NCBI GenBank assembly: GCA_963728205.1
Contig: CAVSIV010000006.1
Coordinates: forward strand, 352,001 to 416,000
Source of the DNA: an uncultured Chloroflexia bacterium
GTDB taxonomy: Bacteria > Chloroflexota > Dehalococcoidia > UBA2979
DNA length: 64,000 nucleotides
Reading direction: 5' to 3'
Below the pieces are notes generated by a model, which was not told the origin of the DNA, did no database searches, and saw only the letters and a list, made by a program, of their open reading frames with translations. Shown one piece after another: positions 49,971 to 59,376 of this stretch (the first letter of the stretch is position 1; each line of letters opens with the position of its first letter). The position numbers and the translations under genes were made by a program.

Positions 49971-51375
49971 TCAGCTGCCCGCGGCCGCGCACGGGCACGT
50001 CGTCACCGTCGGCGTGATGCCGCCGACGTAGAGGATCCTCCCCACCTGGTCGGCGACGACGGACAACGGCGAGCCGTCCGGCGCCGTCGCCGACACCTGC
50101 CACGACGTGAAGGACGACATCGCATCGCCGACGGCGACGTGACGGGGAAGACCGCGCGGACAGCCCGGGGGCACGACCGCATTGGGGCGTTCGGCGTCGA
50201 AGCGCAGCCGGAACGTCCCCGTGTCCAGCTCAACCGTCAGGGTGTGAGCGGCCGCGTCGGCGACGCACGTCTCGCTTCCCGCTGCGAGCGCGACGAGGCC
50301 GTCGGCCACGTGGATTCGCGACCGGCAGACGCCGCCGGCGCACTCGGCCGTCGCCGGCCAATTCCCGATCGTCTGTCCGAGCGGCCCGAGCTTCGTCGCC
50401 CGGCTGAGGTCGAGGAACTCGCCGGTGTCGGTCGCCATCACGCCCTCGGGCAGGGGCGCCGGGCGGACGAACAGATGGCCGCGGTTGTCGACCGCCACCG
50501 GGTACCGGTGCCCCGCGGCGTCCGTGAGGTCGATGCCGATCTGCGGCCGCGGGTCGTCGATCTGCGTCGGATAGATGGCGACGGTATCGCGCCCGGTCGT
50601 CAGGAAGTTCGCGTTGCTGCCCGACTCCCGGGACGGCCAGGCAGACCAGAATCTCGAGAGCGAAGGTCCGCCCCGCGGAGTTGAAGTGCAGCAGCAGCCG
50701 CCCCGGCCACGCGCCGGTCACGGCCGGCGCCGATCCTGCCGCCCAGAGCGGACCGGCGGTCGCGTCGAACCGGATGTAGCCGGCGCGCGCGAGCCGGACC
50801 GCGGTGAATCCCGCGCGGTAGGACGTCTCGGCCGCCGGGAAGGGGTTGTAGGAGAGGGCGAAGGCCGCCCCCGTGTCGATGAAGCCGGCGGCGGTCAGAT
50901 TCTGCGGGGAAAGCGCGCGATAGCTCCCGGACTGCGCCAGGGGTATCGACGCGGACGCCGTCGCGAACGCGACGGCCGTGGGCGTGGAGCCGTTCGCAGC
51001 GACGGGTCCCGGGGAGGAGCGGGCAATGCGCATCCCGACGACCACCACCGCGGCGGTCACGCCGAGCGCCGCCGTTGCGACCGCGACTCGCCCCAGCACG
51101 CCGGCCGCGAGCGCCACACCGGCCCACTCGCGCCCTCGCGCGCGACGCTCTGTGGGCTCGCCACGCCAAGCGGCGAGCGCGTAACGGTCGGCGCATCCGA
51201 GCTTCGCCAGCATGCTGGAGACGTGCGTCTTTACCGTCGGCAACGCGACGCCGAGGCGGTCCGCGATCTCGGCGTTCGAGAGCCCCTCGCGCAGCGGCTC
51301 GAGGACGCGCCACTCCGCCGGCGTCAGCACGTCGGGATGGGGAGGGCGCCCGCGCGCGTGTCGTCGCCAGTCCAT
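49971..51375 (-). CDS. LuxR-HTH / TM / extracellular 'CPC-tail' domain regulator (frameshift near 50645)
   Basis: RGRPPHPDVLTPAEW...TVKTHVSSMLAKL; TM; C-terminus LYVGGITPTVTTCPC. Confidence 0.8.
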
Positions 51376-51404
51376 GCAACGAGCCTACGAGCGCGACCGG
51401 TGAA

Positions 51405-51659
51405 TTACCTCATACCTCGGCGGCGCTGGTCGGCTGCGTTGGCGGCACGCTCGGCCCGACGGATCCGCTCGGTCGACGGGAGGCGGCCGCGATACGCGCC
51501 GCGCAGTGACTCGATCGCATGCTCGGGGAGCGGTCGAATGACGACTCGATCGCCCACGTCGACCATCAAGACGCGGTCGGCGTTCCACCGCGCCCGTGTG
51601 GGCGCCGGAAGCGATACTCGTCCATTCGAAGACACCTTCATGACGTAGCTGGCGATCAC
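51405..51659 (-). CDS. AbrB/MazE-type antitoxin, orphan
   Basis: KVSSNGRVSLPAPTR...VVIRP...SLRG; no toxin follows. Confidence 0.75.
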   Translation of the reverse strand: MIASYVMKVSSNGRVSLPAPTRARWNADRVLMVDVGDRVVIRPLPEHAIESLRGAYRGRLPSTERIRRAERAANAADQRRRGMR

Positions 51660-51741
51660 GGGAGCACTCCCTCGTATGCCCGTGATCATCGCACCCCCGG
51701 TCCTGCGGATGGATTCCGCCGCGCACATGCGCCACCGCTCG

Positions 51742-52518
51742 TCACCGCCACGCCTTCGCGATCGCGACCGTCGGCATCTCCTCCAGCGTGAGGTCCGGGC
51801 TCACGAGCTCCGCGGCGGTCCCGCGGTGCGCCTGGAGCACCCCATCGCCGGCCGCGTCGACGACGTCGCCGAAGAGCCACGACCCGTCGGCACAGCGGTA
51901 GTTCGCGTGAGCGCCGTCGACGCCGCCGGTGGCGCCCGTGTCGAAGCGGCATTCCGTCCCGTCCGCAAGCACCACGAGCCAGTAGACGCGCGGCTGCGGC
52001 GGTGGCGTCGCCGCCGCGTCGGGCAGCGGCGCCGTCAGGCGGAGGAGAACACCGGCGTCGTCAATCGCGGGGTTCGCATTGCACACGACGTCGCCCGGGT
52101 CCGTGGCGAAGCATGGGTCGAAGAGATTCCGCCCGTCGGCGGCGGGCTGCTCGGTCGTGCAGCGCCATGCGTCGTCGCGGCCGTTCACCGTGAGCGCGTG
52201 TCCGAAGCACGAGCCGTCTTGCGGAGTGGCGGTCGGCGGCGGCCGCGGGGCGAAGCGGATCACGTCGGTGGCCATGTCCGGCGACGTCGCGTGCCCGCTG
52301 CAGGTAACCAACGGCACGATGACGGCGAGGACCCACATGGCGACACGGGCATGACCCGTCGACCGGCTCAAAAGGCGGAGCCTCCACACGGCATGCTCCT
52401 TGCCGGACCCGACGCCTGCCGGCGGGGGCCGCCCCGTCATCCTCTCAAGCCACCTACACCAGTGTCCTCCTCGTGCGATCGTGACGGCGAGCCGCATCGG
52501 GGAAGGAGCACGAATCAC
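51742..52518 (-). CDS. Secreted Cys-rich hypothetical protein (start probably about 52338-52392)
   Basis: GSCF...DAWRC...LFDPCF...VVC...LADGTECRF.TGA...NYRC. Confidence 0.65.
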   Translation of the reverse strand: MIRAPSPMRLAVTIARGGHWCRWLERMTGRPPPAGVGSGKEHAVWRLRLLSRSTGHARVAMWVLAVIVPLVTCSGHATSPDMATDVIRFAPRPPPTATPQDGSCFGHALTVNGRDDAWRCTTEQPAADGRNLFDPCFATDPGDVVCNANPAIDDAGVLLRLTAPLPDAAATPPPQPRVYWLVVLADGTECRFDTGATGGVDGAHANYRCADGSWLFGDVVDAAGDGVLQAHRGTAAELVSPDLTLEEMPTVAIAKAWR

Positions 52519-52709
52519 GGCCCGCGGCGCCGTCGGTTTCCGAACGGCGGCCCGTCAGCGCGACCGGGATCCGTTGATCCGTGCCTGCATGACACCCGGG
52601 GCGCTCCAGCGGCGGCGAGAGCGAATGGACGGACGCCACCCGGCTGAATCGGGCGGCGTCCACCATTCCCTGTGACACGCCGTCCGCGTCGGTTGGCGCA
52701 GCCGTCCAG

Positions 52710-52955
52710 TCAGTTGGGAAGGCCGTTGGCTGAGCCACCGGCCCAGTCGGGGATCCCATTCGCCGAGCCGCCAACCCAGTCGGGGATGCCGTTGGCTGAG
52801 CCGCCAACCCACTCGGGGATGCCGTTGGCCGAGCCGCCTACCCACTCGGGGATGCCGTTGGCCGAGCCGCCATTCGCGGAGCCCTGAGCCAGTGCCGGCG
52901 CCGCCGTCGCCAGCGTCAACACCGCTGCCAGCACAATCACAACGAGCCTCTTCAC
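52710..52955 (-). CDS. Small secreted precursor with tandem 11-aa repeats
   Basis: GGAGGAG RBS; signal peptide MKRLVVIVLAAVLTLATAAPALA; GIP(E/D)W(V/A)GGSAN x4; 33-bp DNA repeats with synonymous variation. Confidence 0.85.
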   Translation of the reverse strand: MKRLVVIVLAAVLTLATAAPALAQGSANGGSANGIPEWVGGSANGIPEWVGGSANGIPDWVGGSANGIPDWAGGSANGLPN

Positions 52956-53102
52956 GTGGATTCTCCTCCGTCGCTCTGCGCCGTTCGATGCGTCAGCACG
53001 AAGGGCGCACGGTCTTCACATGGCTGTGGTCGCTTGAACCGCCCGTGCCCCTCCTTTCTCGGGATGCCGCCGGGGCGGTGCACGCGTCGGAACCGCCGCA
53101 CA

Positions 53103-53903
53103 TCAGCCCTGCGGCACCGCCGTGAGCTCCGCCATCGCGGCCTCCATCGCCTGCTGGTCGGGGCCGACGAACGGCGCCGCGGACGGCAGCCGCGCGAGCG
53201 TCGCGAGCAGCTCGCCCGCCATCCCACGCGCCGGCGGCAGGTGCGAGCTCAGCACGAGCTCCGACTCCAGCCGCTCAATCGTCGCCAGCTCGCGCTCGAA
53301 CGCCGAGCGTTCGACCTTGTGCACCCACGGCGTGTCGACGGCGCCCCAGAGCAGCTGGCCGTCGCGCCGCGCGCCCTCCGCGATCTCCCCGGCCTCCTGC
53401 GCCGGCTCCTGCAGCACCGCCCCGAAGCAGTCGGAGCTGAACAGCGCGCGCGAGCGCGAGTCGAAGAGCGCCGTCGTCGACGGGTTGTCGAACGTCGGCG
53501 GCTTGAGCGCGGTCAGCGTGCGGTCGCCCACGTCGAGCGACTGGCCCGGGTTGAGCAGGAAGACGCGGTCCATCGGCAGCGGCCGCGACAGGCTGAGCAG
53601 CCCGACGCCGAGGAACGTGGTGACGACCCGCAGCCGCGGTGCCTCCTCGAGCAGGCGGTGCAGGCTGCCGATGTGGTCCGCGTCGGGGTGCGTCAGCCAC
53701 AGCCAGCGCAGGTCGGCGGGGTCGATCACCGAGCGCAGCGTCGACATGAAGTCGTCGCTCTCCGGGATCAGCCCCGTGTCGACGAGCACCGGCTCGCGGG
53801 CGCGGATCACGAACGCGTTGACGGGGATAATCCCCATGCCGGGCACCGGGAAGTAGCTCGGCAGGACGACGGTGTCGTCGCGGACCTGGTACGGAGCTTC
53901 CAT
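53103..53903 (-). CDS. Metallo-beta-lactamase-fold protein (FprA/ODP-like)
   Basis: VLVDTG, THPDADHIGS, LFSSDCFG. Confidence 0.9.
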   Translation of the reverse strand: MEAPYQVRDDTVVLPSYFPVPGMGIIPVNAFVIRAREPVLVDTGLIPESDDFMSTLRSVIDPADLRWLWLTHPDADHIGSLHRLLEEAPRLRVVTTFLGVGLLSLSRPLPMDRVFLLNPGQSLDVGDRTLTALKPPTFDNPSTTALFDSRSRALFSSDCFGAVLQEPAQEAGEIAEGARRDGQLLWGAVDTPWVHKVERSAFERELATIERLESELVLSSHLPPARGMAGELLATLARLPSAAPFVGPDQQAMEAAMAELTAVPQG

Positions 53904-54043
53904 GGCTCCCTCCTCTCTCCGGGACGCCGCCGGGGACGGGGCTCGCCGGCGTCGGGCACGAGACAGCGACGGCCCCTCCGCGGCCGTTGGCGCGCGTTGC
54001 GGGCGCCCCAGAGGGGCGTCGTCGGTCGCACGGATGGGCGGGG

Positions 54044-54439
54044 TCAGGCCGTCGCGGTGGCCTCCAGCTCGATCAGCAGCTCCGGGCGGGCGAGGCGCGA
54101 CACCCCGAGCAGCGTCGCCGCGTAGCGACAGCCGGCGGCGTCGAGCCGCTCCTGCAGCGCCGGCCGCGCGGCCGCGTAGGCGTCGACGTCGGTGACGTAG
54201 GTGTTGAGCCGCACGACGTCGGCGAGCGAGTAGCCGGCGGCATCGAGCAGCGTCTCGAGGTTGTCGAGGGCGCGCAGCGCCTGCGCCCGCATGTCGCCGG
54301 CGTGCTGCGGCGTGCCGTCGTCGTCAACGGAGACGACGCCGGCGCAGAAGAGCGTGCGTGCCGCGCCGGCGACGTCGTTCGCCTGCACGAAGCCCGCGCG
54401 CTGCTGCCAGGTCCACGGGTTGACGACCTGCCGGTTCAT
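54044..54439 (-). CDS. RidA-family protein
   Basis: LFCAG...ALDNL...DVVRLNTYVTD...LLIELEATA. Confidence 0.92.
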   Translation of the reverse strand: MNRQVVNPWTWQQRAGFVQANDVAGAARTLFCAGVVSVDDDGTPQHAGDMRAQALRALDNLETLLDAAGYSLADVVRLNTYVTDVDAYAAARPALQERLDAAGCRYAATLLGVSRLARPELLIELEATATA

Positions 54440-54880
54440 GCGGGGCTCCCTTCGGTGCGCCCGCCGCCGGGGACGACGCCGGCGCGCTGGTGAGCCGGCA
54501 GCGCGAGCGTGAGCGCGATGCCGTCGGGGTCCTTGAAGTTCGAGCATCGGGCTCGTCGCCGCCTCCTCGATCTCGGAGCGCGCGACGCCGAGCGCGTCGA
54601 GGCGCGCGGCCCACGCGTCGAGGTCGTCGCGGGTCGGCACGGCGAGGCAGAGGTGGTCGAGCCCGGTGCGGCGCGGCGAGAAGCCGTCGTTGGCGCCGGC
54701 CGGGAAGTGCACGAGGCCGACGAGCACGGGCGCGCCGGGCAGCGTCATGATCACCGACTGGCGCTCCGGCGTGGTCTCGCGGAAGCGCTCTTCGAAGCCG
54801 AGCACGTCGTGGTACCAGCGGGCGCTGCGTTCGAGGTCGGTGACGGTGAGCCCGACATGTCGGAACCCGGTGATGGGCAT
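54436..54880 (-). CDS. VOC-family protein (frameshift near 54542)
   Basis: HVGLTVTDLERSARWY..VLGF, GLDHL; FKDPDGI in the shifted frame, ending in an ATGA overlap. Confidence 0.85.
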
Positions 54881-55373
54881 CGGCTGCTCCTCTCCGTGCG
54901 GTGCCGGTGGCGAAGCGGTGCGCGGCGGCAACGAGGTCCGCGACGACGTCGAGCCTCGCGCGCGTCGCGCGGCGCGTAGACCATGACGACGGTCGGGGGC
55001 AGCTCGCCGGTCGCGACGAGCGGGTGCGGCTCGGCCCAGCCGGCGCGGCAGGCGTCGGCGGCGAGCGCGGCGGGGAGGCAGAGGTGCAGGCTGTGATCGT
55101 CGCCGGGGTGCAGGTGCGCGAACTCGCGCCTCGGCGCGGCCGGCGAAGAACGCCGCCGCCGGGCCGGCGGCGGCCTCCGGGTCGAGCACGAGCGCGCGCG
55201 GCGCCCGGCACCGAGACCTGGCTCGGGCGTTCGCCGACGCCGCGCAGCGCGAAGACGCGGGCCGCGAGCGCGTCGCGGAGGCACGCCGTCGGCGGGCTGC
55301 TGCGTGAGCTGGGTGTGCGGCAGCCCGGGCGTGGTGCGCGGGCGGCGGCCGGGTCGGACGGGCAGGGGGTGCA
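54880..55373 (-). CDS. DUF5519/luciferase-like domain protein (several frameshifts)
   Basis: PHTQLTQQ, EFAHLH..DHSLHLCLP, GWAEPHP, VMVYAPRD. Confidence 0.75.
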
Positions 55374-55392
55374 CGTCGGAGCCTCCGCCGAA

Positions 55393-55422
55393 GTAGAATG
55401 TAATTGTGTAATGACGTTCTAC
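55393..55422. promoter_or_regulatory. Putative TetR operator
   Basis: GTAGAATGTAATT-N4-AATGACGTTCTAC (11/13 dyad) between divergent genes. Confidence 0.65.
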
Positions 55423-55533
55423 ATCGTGACGACAGGAGCCGCCAAGCCCATGCCCCACGCCGCCCGCCCGACATCGCGAGCATGCACCGGCGCCGGTCGC
55501 CGGCCCGCCGCAGCGCACCTGAATGGAGCCGCC

Positions 55534-56191
55534 GTGACCCAGTCGCGACGCACCGCCGGCCGGCGCGCGGCGCCCGCGGCCGCGCGACCCGCTCGCGCAT
55601 CATCGCGGCCGCCAACGCCCTCTTCCTGCGCGACGGCTACCTCGCGACGACGTCGGCGCGATCGCCGCCGATGCCGGGGTCGCCGTGCAGAGCCTCTACC
55701 TCGCGTTCGGCAGCAAGCTCGGCGTCCTGTCGGCGGTGCTGGACGTCGCGATCGTCGGCGACGAGGAACCGGTGGAGCTGCTGGAGCGCGCGTGGATGCA
55801 GCGCGTCGTCACGGCTCCGGACGGGCCGGGCGCGGTGAGCGTGTTCGTCGCGGAGCTGCGCGCCATCCTCGCGCGCACCTACCCGGTCTACGCCGTCCTC
55901 CAGGCCGCCGCCGCCAGCGAGGCCGGCGAGCTGCTCGCCGAGAACAAGCGCCAGCGGCTCGCGGGCATGCGCGCGGTCGCGGGCGCGCTGAGCGCGAAGC
56001 CGGGCTTCGCCGCGGGGCTCGGGGTGGAGCGCGCCACCGACCTGCTCTACGCGCTCGCGAGCGAGGAGCAGTACGGATTGCTCGTGGTCGAGCGCGGCTG
56101 GGCGCCCGAGGACTGGGAGGCGTGGCTGCGCGAGCTGCTCACCGAGCTCAACTTCCCGCGCACAACGCGTGCTTCGAGCGGCGCCGGGTGA
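55534..56191 (+). CDS. TetR-family regulator (frameshifts in the 5' part)
   Basis: TRSRIIAAANALFLRDGY.ATT...AGVAVQSLYLAFGSK. Confidence 0.85.
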
Positions 56192-56254
56192 CGGCGCTGA
56201 GGGGCGCCGACGCTGAGGGCCGGCGGCGCTGAGCACCGACGGGCGACGACGTTG

Positions 56255-56570
56255 TCGGCGCCGTCCGACGCAATCGTCGAGTGCCGCAGCGCGTCGGCGG
56301 GGAGCCTTGTCGTCGACTTCGTCATCAGCGCGGCGCGGCTCCGGTTCACCGCGTTCAGCGCAGGAGACGTTCGCCCGCCAGGGTGCGCCTCGGCGCATAC
56401 CGGCCGTGTCGCGCGGGGAGATGTAGATCGTCGCGTACCCGTTGTGGGACGTCACCGCGTTGGCGCCGAGCGGGGCGGAGCTGCCCGTGGCGTCGGACGA
56501 CCAGCGGACGCTGTACGTGGGCTTCACCTCGTCCATCACCACGTGCCCCTGCGCACAGCCGGGGAACTGA
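56255..56570 (+). pseudogene. Second orphan 3' fragment of the 'CPC-tail' domain
   Basis: ECRSASAGSLVVDF...RLRF...PPGC...VARGD, then (shifted frame) WDVTALAPSGAELPVASDDQRTLYVGFTSSITTCPCAQPGN*. Confidence 0.7.
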
Positions 56571-56621
56571 GGGGCCCGCAATCCTGCTGGCCTCTCCCTC
56601 GACGCGCTCGCACGCTGCTAG

Positions 56622-56645
56622 CCTTACTTCACCGCAGAAGTAAGG
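56622..56645. promoter_or_regulatory. TA operator inverted repeat
   Basis: CCTTACTTC-N6-GAAGTAAGG, a perfect dyad overlapping the RBS. Confidence 0.75.
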
Positions 56646-56653
56646 AGCATGTC

Positions 56654-56902
56654 GTGCACGTCACCGCCCGCATCACGTCGAAGGGCCAGGTCACGATCCC
56701 GCGCTCCGTGCGCGAAGCGCTCGACCTGCACGAAGGGGACGCCGTCGTCTTCCGAGTGGAAGGCAGCCGCGCCGTGCTCGCGAGAACCCCCGATCTGCTC
56801 GACCTCGCCGGCGCGATCAGCGTGCCGGCGGCGAAGCGCGGCACGCCATGGGACGAGGTGCTGCGACAGACGCGCCGCGCGCGGGGTGCGTCGCGGCGGT
56901 GA
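56654..56902 (+). CDS. AbrB/MazE-type antitoxin (VapB-like)
   Basis: ARITSKGQVTIPRSVREAL.L..GD. Confidence 0.92.
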   Translation: MHVTARITSKGQVTIPRSVREALDLHEGDAVVFRVEGSRAVLARTPDLLDLAGAISVPAAKRGTPWDEVLRQTRRARGASRR

Positions 56903-57302
56903 GGCGCGTTCGTCGACACCAACGTGCTCGTGCGCCACCTCACCGGCGATCCGCCGGCGCAAGCGCGCCGGGCGACGCGCTACCTCGCGCGCGCCGACGA
57001 GCTGCTCCTCCCCGAATCTGATCGTCGCGGAGGTCGCGTACGTGCTCGAGTCGTACTACGAGGCGCCGCGCGCGGACGTCGCGCAGGCCCTTCGCGCCAT
57101 CCTCGCGTTCCCCGCGGTGCGCGTGCTGGACGACGACCTGCTGCAGCGCGCCGTAGAGATCTACCGAGGTCCACCGCCTCGACTGGGCCGACGCCTACCT
57201 CGTCGCGAGCGCGGAGCGGACCGGCGTGGGCGCGGTGGCATCGTTCGACCGCGCCATCGATCGCGTCGGCAGTCGACCGTGCGGCGCGAGGAACCGGCGT
57301 GA
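56899..57302 (+). CDS. vapC: PIN-domain VapC toxin (several frameshifts)
   Basis: FVDTNVLVR.LTGDP, IVAEVAYVLES.Y, DWADAYL, VASFD spread across frames. Confidence 0.8.
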
Positions 57303-57510
57303 GGCGCACGACTCCCGCGCCGCTCAGCGCCTTGACCAGGTGGATGGTCGCCGTGGGGAAGGTAGGGAATCCGCTCGCGAGGCGCCGCTCGAAGCGAGCG
57401 CCTGCGCCGACCGGGCCACCACGATTCTGATGACAGCCACCGCCCGCTTCCCGTAGCCTCCCCGCAACCGCACTCCGCCACCACGGCCGCGCTGCAAGGG
57501 AACGCACGGG

Positions 57511-59133
57511 ATGACGACCAACGCCAGCCCCACGACCGACTTCGACATGGTGATCGTGGGCGCCGGCTTCGCCGGCCTCTACCAGCTCCACCGCGCGCGC
57601 GGCGCCGGCCTCACCGCCCGCGTCTTCGAGGCGGGCGACGGCGTCGGCGGCACCTGGTACTGGAACCGCTACCCCGGCGCGCGCTGCGACATCGAGTCGC
57701 TCGAGTACTCCTTCTCGTTCTCGAAGGAGCTGCGCGAGGAGTGGGACTGGCCCGAGAAGTACTCCGCGCAGCCCGACATCGAGCGCTACGCCAACCACGT
57801 CGCCGACCGCTTCGACCTGCGCCGCGACATCCAGCTCGAGACGCGCGTCACCTCCGCCCACTACGACGAGGACGCCTGCCGCTGGCGCGTCGAGACCGAC
57901 CGCGGCGACCGCGTCACGGCGACGTACCTGATCATGGCGGTGGGCTGCATCTCCGCCGCGAACGTCCCGAACATCGCGGGGCGCGACAGCTTCGAGGGCG
58001 AGTGGTACCACACCGGTCTCTGGCCGAAGGAGCCGGTCGACTTCACCGGCAAGCGCGTCGCCGTCGTCGGCACCGGGTCGTCCGGCATCCAGTCGATCCC
58101 CGAGATCGCGAAGACCGCCGCGCAGCTGACGGTGTTCCAGCGCACGCCGTCGTACTCGCTGCCGTCGGCGAACGCGCCGCTCACCGCCGAGGAGCGCGAC
58201 GCCTACCGCGCGGACTTCGATCACATCCACGCGGAGAACCTCACGATGCCCGCCGGCACGGGCTCGCGCTTCCGCGCCGCGGTGATGCGCCCGGTGCTCG
58301 AGATCCCGGAGGAGGAGCGCCAGCAGATCTTCGAGCAGGGCTGGACCGCCGGCGGGTTCGCGTTCATGCGGGCGTTCTCGGACATCGGGCTCAACTACGA
58401 GGCGAACGGCGTCGCGGCCGGCTTCGTGAAGGACAAGATCCGCTCGATCGTGAAGGACCCCGACACCGCGGAGCTGCTGTGCCCGTGGATCCCGATCGGC
58501 TGCAAGCGGATGGTGATCGACTCGGGCTACTTCGAGACGTTCAACCTGCCGCACGTCACGCTGCGCGACGCGCGCGTGGAGCCGATCGAGGAGATCACGC
58601 CGCGCGGCATCCGCACGACGCTGGCCGAGCACGAGTTCGACGCGATCGTCTTCGCGACGGGCTTCGACGCGATGACCGGCTCGTTCACGCGCATCGACAT
58701 CCGGGGGCGCGACGGCGTCCGGCTGCGCGACGAATGGCACGCGGGGCCGCGCACGTACCTCGGGCTCGGCGTCGCCGGCTTCCCCAACATGTTCACGATC
58801 ACCGGGCCGGGGAGCCCGTCGGTGCTGACGAACATGCTGGTGTCGATCGAGCACCACGTCGACTGGATCACGGACTGCGTCGAGTACCTGCGCGAGCGCG
58901 GGCACACCTCGATCGAGGCGACGCCCGACGCGCAGGATGCGTGGGTCGACCACGTCAACCACGTCGCGAGCAAGGCGATCATGTTCACCGATGCGTCGTG
59001 CAACTCGTGGTACCTGGGGGCGAACATCCCGGGGAAGACGCGGGTGTTCATGCCGCTGCCGGGGCTGCCCGCGTACATCGAGAAGTGCGACGAGATCGTG
59101 GCCGCCGGGTACGAGGGCTTCGCGCTGGCGTAA
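57511..59133 (+). CDS. Type I Baeyer-Villiger monooxygenase (CHMO/PAMO-like)
   Basis: GAGFAG, GGTWYWNRYPGARCD, fingerprint FEGEWYHTGLWP, GTGSSG, ATGFD. Confidence 0.96.
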   Translation: MTTNASPTTDFDMVIVGAGFAGLYQLHRARGAGLTARVFEAGDGVGGTWYWNRYPGARCDIESLEYSFSFSKELREEWDWPEKYSAQPDIERYANHVADRFDLRRDIQLETRVTSAHYDEDACRWRVETDRGDRVTATYLIMAVGCISAANVPNIAGRDSFEGEWYHTGLWPKEPVDFTGKRVAVVGTGSSGIQSIPEIAKTAAQLTVFQRTPSYSLPSANAPLTAEERDAYRADFDHIHAENLTMPAGTGSRFRAAVMRPVLEIPEEERQQIFEQGWTAGGFAFMRAFSDIGLNYEANGVAAGFVKDKIRSIVKDPDTAELLCPWIPIGCKRMVIDSGYFETFNLPHVTLRDARVEPIEEITPRGIRTTLAEHEFDAIVFATGFDAMTGSFTRIDIRGRDGVRLRDEWHAGPRTYLGLGVAGFPNMFTITGPGSPSVLTNMLVSIEHHVDWITDCVEYLRERGHTSIEATPDAQDAWVDHVNHVASKAIMFTDASCNSWYLGANIPGKTRVFMPLPGLPAYIEKCDEIVAAGYEGFALA

Positions 59134-59376
59134 TTCGCCGCGCTGTGATCCTCGTCCGTCGGCGCGCGGTCGGCGCGTGGGCAGCCGGGCCGGTCGGGAC
59201 ACCGGGTCCATCGCGCCCCGGTGAGCCGGGGAGCGGGAGGCCGCCGTTTCGGATTCGACGTGGCGGGAGCGGCGCCTCTGCGGAGCGACCGTCGGAGGCG
59301 GCTCGCGACCGAAAACGGCAGCCTGACATCTGCCGCTCGCCGCGGCCGCGCGGAGAGCCCGCGTCCGCGCAGTTGC

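Noticed and set aside
52720-52885. CRISPR or non-coding repeat
   Set aside because: The 33-bp period is in frame within a signal-peptide ORF and shows synonymous variation.
56899-57302. Programmed frameshifting or deliberate toxin inactivation
   Set aside because: Similar indels occur throughout the window, so sequencing error is the simpler explanation.
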